Shown: positions 1 through 7,920 of the stretch, in pieces
Layout: each line of letters opens with the position of its first letter
Position numbering within the stretch: the first letter of the stretch is position 1
Virus record (IMG/VR): IMGVR_UViG_3300025389_001172
Location: 1-64,000 of that record
Direction: 5' to 3' (one strand)
DNA: 64,000 nucleotides
Source: a virus
Lineage: Duplodnaviria; Caudoviricetes
Translations under genes and position numbers: made by a program
The notes under the pieces: model-generated
What the model was told of the DNA's origin: nothing
Seen by the model: only the letters and a program-made list of their open reading frames with translations
The model's database searches: none

Positions 1-1303
1 GTTTGACATTAAATCCTACGCCTGTGTTTCCTATAGCGGTTAAGTTCTGTCCAGGTGTGTAGTAGTCTCTACCAATACCGTCTACTAACATAACATTAGA
101 TATCTTACCGGTATTGGCCGAACCACTAGTGGTCACTAGAGCTGCCGATGCCACTGAAGTCTTACCGCCAGTGACTACATTACCTGCGGTCATTAATGCC
201 AATCCACCTGTAGGCAGTGTGGCCTTGTTAAGATCTAACAGTCCCTGCCCCATGACAGTAGGATCATATCCTGGGATATTCTTGTTGGCAGTGGTTAATA
301 CCAATGTTGTCAAGGCCGCACCTGTTAATTGTGGCCATTGTTGATGTAGGATAGCGATAGCACCACTGACTGCTGGAGTGGCCATACTGGTACCGCTCAT
401 TGAGTATAATCCAGAATTATTAACAGTAGTTGGCACGGTAGATGTAACTGAATTACCCGGTGCTAGGATATAAAACTGACTTACTGAATATTTGTCTTGA
501 CAACGACCGGCATAGACTACAGCACATAATGATCCTGCTTGATTACTAAATGAACTCATTTTATTGTTTAACTGATCCCAACTACCGACGATGATCATAC
601 GACCACCTAGTATCAAGTTACCTTTTGCGTCTGTGGCAGTGGCTAAACTAGCCTGTGCGCCGGGTACTCGAGCACCTTCGTTACCTGCGGCCATGACCAA
701 TACTGTCTGTCCGGTTAAGGCGCTGGCCCATTGTTGGGCATTAAGTCCGGCAGGTAATTGTCCTGTATTTGACAATGAAGTAGAGTATATACCTGGAGCG
801 ATCAATACAGCATTAAGATTCGTTGGCTGTGCGATACTGGCACTGAGATTGGCCACAGTGGCATTGTTAGCACTTGCCCAGCTCAGGGCTGATAGCATAG
901 TAGGTAAGGTGATAAATCCCGTATCGGTGATCTTACCTATCATAAGGTTAGCATCAAACGCAACGCCTTGTACTCCCATACCATTCCGAGTAGCGGCTGC
1001 GATACCTGCTACGTGAGTACCATGTCCTAGAGAATCTTGGATGCCTGTCCCTGTAAAATCTTTGCTGAGAGAAATCTTACCATTTTGGAAATCTACGTTT
1101 TTTGTATCAATTCCGGAATCTAAAATAGCGATAGTACTGCCCTTGCCTGTTAGTCCTCGAGAATATGCTGAATTAGCATTAATAGAGGAATTAATTTTGC
1201 TTTTATTGTATTCGACATCTGAAGTACTAAAAGGCATAATAGTTTGTGATTGCGCCTGTAACACTAGCAATGCCATACTAGCCGCTAAAATTTTCAACTT
1301 CAT
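1..1303 (-). CDS. Secreted S8 subtilisin-like serine protease (runs off window start; absent from ORF track)
   Basis: Manual translation from ATG at 1303 (AGGAG upstream): signal peptide MKLKILAASMALLVLQAQS; catalytic motifs ILDSGID, HGTHVAG, AAGN, GTSMATP. Confidence 0.9.
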   Translation of the reverse strand, partial: MKLKILAASMALLVLQAQSQTIMPFSTSDVEYNKSKINSSINANSAYSRGLTGKGSTIAILDSGIDTKNVDFQNGKISLSKDFTGTGIQDSLGHGTHVAGIAAATRNGMGVQGVAFDANLMIGKITDTGFITLPTMLSALSWASANNATVANLSASIAQPTNLNAVLIAPGIYSTSLSNTGQLPAGLNAQQWASALTGQTVLVMAAGNEGARVPGAQASLATATDAKGNLILGGRMIIVGSWDQLNNKMSSFSNQAGSLCAVVYAGRCQDKYSVSQFYILAPGNSVTSTVPTTVNNSGLYSMSGTSMATPAVSGAIAILHQQWPQLTGAALTTLVLTTANKNIPGYDPTVMGQGLLDLNKATLPTGGLALMTAGNVVTGGKTSVASAALVTTSGSANTGKISNVMLVDGIGRDYYTPGQNLTAIGNTGVGFNVK

Positions 1304-1311
1304 AAAAACTC

Positions 1312-2415
1312 CTAGTCTGTTAACTTTGATAATAACATTGTACTATGGAAAAACCGTTGTGTCAATGATTCTGCCTGTCTTTGGATAGATCCAATAGTGT
1401 TTTCGTAATTGTCCATATGTCCTACTATAGTTTTGATTAATAAATGTCTATTTTGGACATAATCACCCCATGACTCAGTCCATAGACTAGGATATTTGAA
1501 TTGACCTTCATACATCTCGGTATAGCTCAGACGATCCGGAACCACAGGAATGGCACCTACTAGTGCGCCTTCATAGCATGAAATACCTAGTGTTTCCTGT
1601 AGGTTAGCAGAGAATACTATCTTGGCTTCTCCTAGGAGATTATGGTATTCCATTTTGCTTAACTGTTGATCCTGACATACCACGAATTCGTATTCGGGTA
1701 ACTGCTCTTTTAGGTCACGGAATATCTCAACCTGCTTTTCTGGAGCGATGCGATGTGGAAATAGTATCAAATCACGTTTAGGCATGTTCTTGTATGGAGT
1801 TAAGATCTCGTCCATATATTCCATAGGCCAACCTGTGCGTATGATCTTATTAAACTTACCGCTTAACACTTCTTCCAGTTCTTCTTCGTACCAAGGATTT
1901 TCATATATCGATCCGCTCTGAAGTAATTCACGGAAGAACATCTCGATATGAAAATCTGTGGCAAAATAATTATGGTCGTAGCAGTGATAGAAACTCTTCT
2001 CAGCATGTCGGACCCACGGCGCATTGCCAATCAACCTGCCTAGGAAATCTTGAGGATCATAAGATCCAGCGTGCCACAGACCATGTGTGGTCACTGGTAT
2101 CCCTAAGAGCTCACTCATGTATTTTAGATTGATGACCCCAGGATGCCAAGCATCAGTAAAAAGAAAATGATCACCAGGCTTAACTGATCCGGAGCAAAAT
2201 AAACGACCCATTTGCTCAACTTGCCGAGACTTGTATATATTGGTACCACCAAAATTAAGAAAGGCGCCAGGAGTAGTGGCAGTAGGAATATCCTCAGGCC
2301 CGCATATAACTTGAACATCATGTCCTGCCTTTTTAAGTAGTTTAGGAATATGTGATTTCCACTCGCCGGTATAGCGAGTGGATACAGCTTCGAGATCAAC
2401 GAGAAAAACGGTCAT
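1312..2415 (-). CDS. GT-B fold (GT4-like) glycosyltransferase
   Basis: FPHRIAPEKQ, QETLGISCYEG and PVVPDRLSY nucleotide-sugar-binding motifs; start taken at MTVFL. Confidence 0.75.
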   Translation of the reverse strand: MTVFLVDLEAVSTRYTGEWKSHIPKLLKKAGHDVQVICGPEDIPTATTPGAFLNFGGTNIYKSRQVEQMGRLFCSGSVKPGDHFLFTDAWHPGVINLKYMSELLGIPVTTHGLWHAGSYDPQDFLGRLIGNAPWVRHAEKSFYHCYDHNYFATDFHIEMFFRELLQSGSIYENPWYEEELEEVLSGKFNKIIRTGWPMEYMDEILTPYKNMPKRDLILFPHRIAPEKQVEIFRDLKEQLPEYEFVVCQDQQLSKMEYHNLLGEAKIVFSANLQETLGISCYEGALVGAIPVVPDRLSYTEMYEGQFKYPSLWTESWGDYVQNRHLLIKTIVGHMDNYENTIGSIQRQAESLTQRFFHSTMLLSKLTD

Positions 2416-2668
2416 CTCTCTTACCTTTATAAGGCTCACGTACACGCACTGGCTCTGGAATACCAGCGGCTTCTCGACGTGCTTTGCGCTCTAGGTACTC
2501 TTGAGTACGCTGGAATGCCTTGTAGTCAACACTGCGATATAGATCCGCAGGATTAAATTCAATAAGATTGATCCTACAATGATCAAGCCACTTGTCCAGG
2601 TCATCGAAAATCTTTGAGACTTCAGGTTTCAAACGGAGTGTTTTTTTAATATAGGCAGGAATTGCCAT
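2396..2668 (-). CDS. Hypothetical protein
   Basis: 90-aa ORF with AAGGA RBS, in operon. Confidence 0.6.
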   Translation of the reverse strand: MAIPAYIKKTLRLKPEVSKIFDDLDKWLDHCRINLIEFNPADLYRSVDYKAFQRTQEYLERKARREAAGIPEPVRVREPYKGKRDDRFSR

Positions 2669-2684
2669 TTTTATTTCCTTTTAA

Positions 2685-3071
2685 TTAAGGTTTATATTCG
2701 ACGATACCATCTGATTCGCCGTCCTCTGATACTACTACTTCATAATATCTTTCACCGTACTTTGGTAAAAGATGATTCTCTAAAATATCTGTAGCGATCA
2801 TTTCACATGATTTGTGATTTTGATCTCCAGACTTTATAAAATCCTGCAAGGCCCATTTCACTAGAAAAAATTCTAATTCACGATCTAGATGTTCAACGGA
2901 GATCTTTACTTCTACCTTGAACATATGACGATGTTCGTTTTCTAGGAATTCGATGCGAGGATCGATGGATCCTGCAAGTGGATAAAAATGGAAACCTTCA
3001 AACTCTGTCCTGACCTTGATATAGGTCATTTTGTTCGGACGCCAGTCCTGCCTTAATATATTTGCTGTCAT
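2685..3071 (-). CDS. QueD-like T-fold protein, DpdL-like (candidate CDG decarboxylase)
   Basis: FEGFH...LENEHRHMF (LxxxHRHxF), SCEMIA, VSEDGE; lacks the QueD CxxxHGH motif; near dpdA. Confidence 0.7.
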   Translation of the reverse strand: MTANILRQDWRPNKMTYIKVRTEFEGFHFYPLAGSIDPRIEFLENEHRHMFKVEVKISVEHLDRELEFFLVKWALQDFIKSGDQNHKSCEMIATDILENHLLPKYGERYYEVVVSEDGESDGIVEYKP

Positions 3072-3595
3072 TCTATGATCTCATCGTTAGAGTATTCATC
3101 CCAATTGGTAAAATATTTGCGTTGTGTAATGGCGCCAATCGGTATACACCATACACCCGGATTTGAGGCTTCAAAGCCTACATCATCAATCTTTATTGTA
3201 GCATTATAACCTAACTGTTGTAAATAGGGCAGTTTCACCGAAATCTGTGGTATGAATCTACGATATTCAGTTAATCCACTTTCTAATAGTCCTTCTGCCT
3301 GTGCCACATCTAGATCTAGAGTACACCAAAGATCAGCACCAAGGCATGCCTCGATCATGATCTCCCATGGAGCCCATCCTTGACTGTCATTGACATCTAG
3401 TCGGGGAAAGCTCTGATTGGCACCAAAATAGATGTGGCGGCATTCGTTTTTTTCTGCTAGTTCTAGAACTGTGCCGATACTGTGGACTCCGACTACGAAC
3501 AGGGTCTTCATACCATAGGCAGGAGTGCGTTCTATTTCTGTGCCTATGAAAAACTCTACTGCTTCTGATTCACCTGTGTTATACGTTCTTTTCAT
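3068..3595 (-). CDS. Conserved-looking hypothetical protein in the deazaguanine cluster
   Basis: 175-aa ORF coupled (ATGA overlap) to the DpdL-like gene; HIYFGANQSF and KIDD...SNPGVW. Confidence 0.6.
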   Translation of the reverse strand: MKRTYNTGESEAVEFFIGTEIERTPAYGMKTLFVVGVHSIGTVLELAEKNECRHIYFGANQSFPRLDVNDSQGWAPWEIMIEACLGADLWCTLDLDVAQAEGLLESGLTEYRRFIPQISVKLPYLQQLGYNATIKIDDVGFEASNPGVWCIPIGAITQRKYFTNWDEYSNDEIIE

Positions 3596-4009
3596 ATTTC
3601 TTAATCTCTTGTTCTAACTTCCAATTTTTCTCAAGTAAATCATTATTCTTTTTTCTTAATTCACTTACATCATCTAATAGACTGGTATTTAGGTTTTTAT
3701 TATATTCTAGATCTTTTTTCAATTTGTCGTCAGTGGATGGCTGATGTTTTTTATTATTATTATCGGCCGCCTGCTTTCCTGCATAAAATGACAAGATCGA
3801 CATTAGTAAAAATAAGATATAGTCCATTAGTCTTTCTTTGAAACAAGCTGTTCAAGCAATAGTATAATATAACAGAATGTGATCAGATGAGCAAGATTAT
3901 ATGCGCCCACCATACTGAACAGTACATAGGCCGCAACAAATATGATAAATCGGAATTCTTTTAATTTATCTGATTCCACCTTGATCTCATCTAAGATTTT
4001 CTTTATCAT
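3579..4009 (-). CDS. Two small membrane proteins (3579-3827, 3827-4009)
   Basis: Hydrophobic segments; overlapping start/stop codons. Confidence 0.55.
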
Positions 4010-4326
4010 GATTCTTCACCAAATTCTTCATCGAATTCTTCATGGCCGAACCAATCTTGTAATTGTTCTTTGAAAGATTCATCTTCCTTTAACCAATGTT
4101 TGATCGCCTCTTGATCCTCTTCTTCGAGACTATAATAGGCATCTCGGAAATATTCAGCCTGTTCATCGCTGGCTTCCTCACGCATATTTTCGGCCATTTC
4201 GTATGATTCATCATCATCGTTTTCGGCCATTTCGTCTGCGGCAACCCAACTGTCCCAAGCATCGCTGTGTGCTTCGTCATTTAATGATTCAATAATATCA
4301 AATACTTCATCTAGAGTTTTCATCAT
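4006..4326 (-). CDS. Highly acidic small protein (possible DNA mimic)
   Basis: About 40 D/E versus about 6 K/R in 106 aa. Confidence 0.55.
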   Translation of the reverse strand: MMKTLDEVFDIIESLNDEAHSDAWDSWVAADEMAENDDDESYEMAENMREEASDEQAEYFRDAYYSLEEEDQEAIKHWLKEDESFKEQLQDWFGHEEFDEEFGEES

Positions 4327-4826
4327 TCCTCCACAAACTCAACGACATTACCATCTGCATCGGCAGCAATAATACGCACACGCTCCCCTGACTCGTCTAA
4401 GATTTCAATTGGTCCCCAGATCCACCATTCAGTTTCATCGTTATACCAAGAATCTTCTTCGCGATCTTCTAGATCGTAGACGCTGTTTTCATCGATGAAC
4501 TCTTGTAGCTCTTCTTCAGCTTCTTCGTCCAGTCCTTCGATATCAACGTCATACCAGCATCCGCCATCGTCCATGCTGACCAATTCTACATTTTCAATAT
4601 TTTTATATGAGCAATCGAGCATATTGATGCTGTCTCGCTTGCCGTCACCACCGGGCACTTCTACGAAATCAAACTCCGGTGGATTGTCATCTGAGGTTTC
4701 TACGGTCCACTCGCCCCAACGGAAACCGTTGGTAACAGTAAGTCGTCCTTCGCCTTCGTTTTGACGCCAGTGTTCAACTTCTTGACAGCTTTTCTTGTAG
4801 TAGGTTTTAACGGTCCATGTAGCCAT
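4323..4826 (-). CDS. Acidic, Trp-rich hypothetical protein
   Basis: 167-aa ORF, coupled to neighbours. Confidence 0.6.
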   Translation of the reverse strand: MATWTVKTYYKKSCQEVEHWRQNEGEGRLTVTNGFRWGEWTVETSDDNPPEFDFVEVPGGDGKRDSINMLDCSYKNIENVELVSMDDGGCWYDVDIEGLDEEAEEELQEFIDENSVYDLEDREEDSWYNDETEWWIWGPIEILDESGERVRIIAADADGNVVEFVEE

Positions 4827-4828
4827 GA

Positions 4829-5228
4829 TTAGTTATCTACATCCATAGTGTTCCACTCTTTGATCACAGCGATCATTTCTTCTTCAGTGCTACACATGAT
4901 CTTGGCAGTCTTCCAATCGCTGTCGTCATCACGACCTCCTACTTCGACCATCCAGCCATTGTCATAGCGATTGAGTGTGATTGATTCATTTACTTTTGCT
5001 AATTTTTTTAATTTTGATGCCATTTTAATTCTCCTTTGTTTTCTTCTTACGTGCGGCTTTGGGTTTGACTTCTGTTAAACTATCTAATGCGGCCTGTACA
5101 TCACGGGACAATGCTTCATCATCCCACTCTAATGTGGTCTTACCATCCTCGTGAGTATACACAGTAAGGTGAGATCCTTTGGTCACCTTGGGCCATGCTA
5201 CTGATTCTTCTTTTTTCTTTCTAGGCAT
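4829..5228 (-). CDS. Two small hypothetical proteins (4829-5023, 5025-5228)
   Basis: Tightly packed ORFs with RBS. Confidence 0.55.
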
Positions 5229-6774
5229 TTATCAATCCCTCCTCTAGAGCTCTTAAATCGTCATCATCAGGATTTGCTAAATCGATCTCATCCTGTTTGG
5301 TCACCACTGTTTCAAATAGGCTATTGAATGTATTCTGTGCAGGACCACCCTGTAGTCGAGCACCTTCTAGGCTACGCAGGAATGGACCAGCTTCTTCTAT
5401 CAGAGCAAAGGCCGACGCCTTATCTGCAGTTTCAAATAGTTCTGCTACGAACTTGTTGAAGTAGAGTATGTTGCGTGGAACCCAGTCTGAGTATTCATCG
5501 CTCATATCTTGGGACTTGACCTTCTTCCAACTACGCCAATTGATTTTAGCCTCTGTCTTGGCACACTCGATATCCATCAACTGCTGGGCACGCTGTACCG
5601 CAACGATATGACAGTAGACATTATGTCCCATCATCAGTGCATAGGCGAAACTATCCCAAGCAGTCTTACCTTCTTTGCCAATCTTGTTCAACATACCCGG
5701 AGCATAGTGGCAGATATCGCCTACTGTGAGTCTGCGACCAATTTCACTTTCGAATGGGAATGGGATGTCTGATTCGGCGAGTGCCTTGTTGTCGAATGCC
5801 TTGTCCATAATAACGCTCCAACGTTTCGGAGTGTGGACTGCGTTGGTATAGACGAGACCGTGTGCTGTTGCGATAAACGGAGAAGCGCAGTCGAAGCTGA
5901 TGGTAAGTTCTTCATTGATGTGTTTCCTTATCTGTCTCTGTATCAGGGTCAAGTAGCATGACCAATCCAACTGTGCTGTACCCAAGAAGTGTATCCAGTT
6001 CTTACCTGTAAGCATACCTTCATCACGCATAGTCATCAGACGCTTGAGAGTGATGTCCATCTTACACATATTGGCACCACCGAATGCCCAACCTTCTGCC
6101 TCACGACCAGCATACTTGCCTTTAGGATCTGAGAACTCTTTTACACCGTTATACCATTTTTCAGCTGTGTCCCAATCACTTCCCTGTAGCACGTTCAACC
6201 ATTTGGTAGCACCTAGTCGATTCATCAAGAAATAGTCATTGTTGAAACGAGTCTTTTCCAAGCAGTCTTCAAATGTTTTCAATCCTGTCTTTGGTGAGTG
6301 GATGTGATCGCAGGCCCAGGTAGGAACGTCTAGCATCATGCTCCAATCAGCAGTGGCTTCTAACCACTCCAAGATGCTCTGTCGAGTCTTGTTGGCAGCC
6401 GGCCCATCGAAGTTCAACCAATCAAACTTCAGTACGCCTTTACCGATCTGGTATCCACCGGAATCACCTAGGATCATAGTAGCACCGCGATCGCGTTGTT
6501 GTATCATAGACTCCTGTGTCTGTGCCTTGACGATATCTAACTGTGCGTGACCTGCTGAATACAGGGCATACTTGTAGGTAAAATATCCATCTTCTGGATT
6601 GAGAAAGTTCATACCTTCGATACCTCGATCAAATCCTGCGGGGATACGATCTTTGGGCACGAACTCTTCTAGTCTCTGTTTGGCTACATAGGTGCTATAG
6701 AACGAGCTGATAGCTGGCAAATACACAGCAAAATCGCTTTGGAGTGGGGTTAGGTTAACTGGTGGTCTTTTCAT
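5221..6774 (-). CDS. dpdA: TGT-fold base-exchange transglycosylase, DpdA-like (7-deazaguanine insertion into DNA)
   Basis: TGT motifs in order: DSGGYQ, MLDVP, VLQG, GWAFGG, HFLG, SFDCAS; adjacent to clamp and polymerase; folE and queD in same window. Confidence 0.8.
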   Translation of the reverse strand: MKRPPVNLTPLQSDFAVYLPAISSFYSTYVAKQRLEEFVPKDRIPAGFDRGIEGMNFLNPEDGYFTYKYALYSAGHAQLDIVKAQTQESMIQQRDRGATMILGDSGGYQIGKGVLKFDWLNFDGPAANKTRQSILEWLEATADWSMMLDVPTWACDHIHSPKTGLKTFEDCLEKTRFNNDYFLMNRLGATKWLNVLQGSDWDTAEKWYNGVKEFSDPKGKYAGREAEGWAFGGANMCKMDITLKRLMTMRDEGMLTGKNWIHFLGTAQLDWSCYLTLIQRQIRKHINEELTISFDCASPFIATAHGLVYTNAVHTPKRWSVIMDKAFDNKALAESDIPFPFESEIGRRLTVGDICHYAPGMLNKIGKEGKTAWDSFAYALMMGHNVYCHIVAVQRAQQLMDIECAKTEAKINWRSWKKVKSQDMSDEYSDWVPRNILYFNKFVAELFETADKASAFALIEEAGPFLRSLEGARLQGGPAQNTFNSLFETVVTKQDEIDLANPDDDDLRALEEGLINA

Positions 6775-7129
6775 CTTTACTCAATATTGTGGTTATTTTT
6801 AACTGCTCTTGTGCCTTGACGACAGCTTCATATGCTATTTTAACAGCTGGGTTGGTTTCGATCAACCGTTCAATCTTCCGTTCTTCTTCACGTTTGGCCT
6901 TGGCCCAATCTAAAAGATCGACCGCTTCTTGATCTAATCCTACTGTAGCATAAGCACTAGATAACTGTATCCAACCATTTCCGTCGTATATTTCTATATT
7001 CTGGTTGCCGGTATTGAATCTCATGTTACCAATCCCCTGTGCTCCGGAGTAGTTGTTGATATAGTTGGTACCGGCGTTACCGCCACTTACATGGAAGTAA
7101 CGACCGGTTGAACTTATGCTCTTGATCAT
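6755..7129 (-). CDS. Hypothetical protein
   Basis: 124-aa ORF with GNMRFNT..IEIYDGNGW motif. Confidence 0.6.
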   Translation of the reverse strand: MIKSISSTGRYFHVSGGNAGTNYINNYSGAQGIGNMRFNTGNQNIEIYDGNGWIQLSSAYATVGLDQEAVDLLDWAKAKREEERKIERLIETNPAVKIAYEAVVKAQEQLKITTILSKDEKTTS

Positions 7130-7863
7130 TAGGCCTGTGCTGGAATGATATATTCGTAACTGGCAATACCGCTGTCTAACACGATGTGCATACAGCCATC
7201 ATTTGAGAATCCAATCTTGGCATTGTTGGCATCGGCGATCCTTAAGATAGCCAATACTGGAGCCACTGGCCATGACCACCCTTTGGTAATCTTACCTGTG
7301 ACGCCTGTGGCAAATATGAACTCGCCACCGTGGCTGGCCGCATCACCGAACGTAAACTTCAGTGCGTCGCCGTCTGTCTTGGCCAAGAATGTTGTGTGTT
7401 CTGTATTGGCCCCTGCTTGGAATTGGAAACGCTGTACAGCCGCAACACTTGGTTCTACTTCAACGTGCCATGTCACTCCGCGGAATTTCACTGTCTTGAG
7501 TTTCTCTTCGATGATGGCCTGATTCATGAAACGATAATCGTTCTTGAAGTCGCCATCTTTGTTTTCGAAATGCAGGCCCACTGGCAGAGTTTCGCCGTTG
7601 CGATCTGCTGTAATCAATTCGATAGTAGCATCCTCTTGGTATTCTTTGCCATCTAGTAGATAGCGAAGCTTTTCTAACTGTGGCATACCAAACGTACCAA
7701 TCATGTCTGGATTTGGATCCTTGGTTTCTGCGAACATGATCACGGTGCGATCGTCTGCCATTGAATCGATGGATGTTTTATTTTCTGTGCCTGTGACCTT
7801 GACAATGTTTAGGAATCCCAACTTCTGTGTGTGGTCTACGATATCTTTAAGCGTGTCTTTCAT
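7129..7863 (-). CDS. DNA sliding clamp (T4 gp45-like)
   Basis: 244 aa, clamp-like pattern ending YEYIIPA; directly downstream of DNA polymerase. Confidence 0.75.
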   Translation of the reverse strand: MKDTLKDIVDHTQKLGFLNIVKVTGTENKTSIDSMADDRTVIMFAETKDPNPDMIGTFGMPQLEKLRYLLDGKEYQEDATIELITADRNGETLPVGLHFENKDGDFKNDYRFMNQAIIEEKLKTVKFRGVTWHVEVEPSVAAVQRFQFQAGANTEHTTFLAKTDGDALKFTFGDAASHGGEFIFATGVTGKITKGWSWPVAPVLAILRIADANNAKIGFSNDGCMHIVLDSGIASYEYIIPAQA

Positions 7864-7920
7864 TTATAATTCTCCTTGTGTATATTTTATTTAGGTTTTT
7901 GGTTGTTGTCAATGCAAATT

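Noticed and set aside
114-1388. Plus-strand ORFs 114-344, 591-1016, 1041-1388 and similar antisense ORFs throughout the track
   Set aside because: They are shadows of well-supported minus-strand genes (here the subtilase) and carry no motifs
5221-6774. Canonical tRNA-guanine transglycosylase (tgt)
   Set aside because: Lacks the CxCxxC zinc site and the bacterial TGT N-terminus; replication-gene context favours a DNA-acting DpdA, though this is not proven
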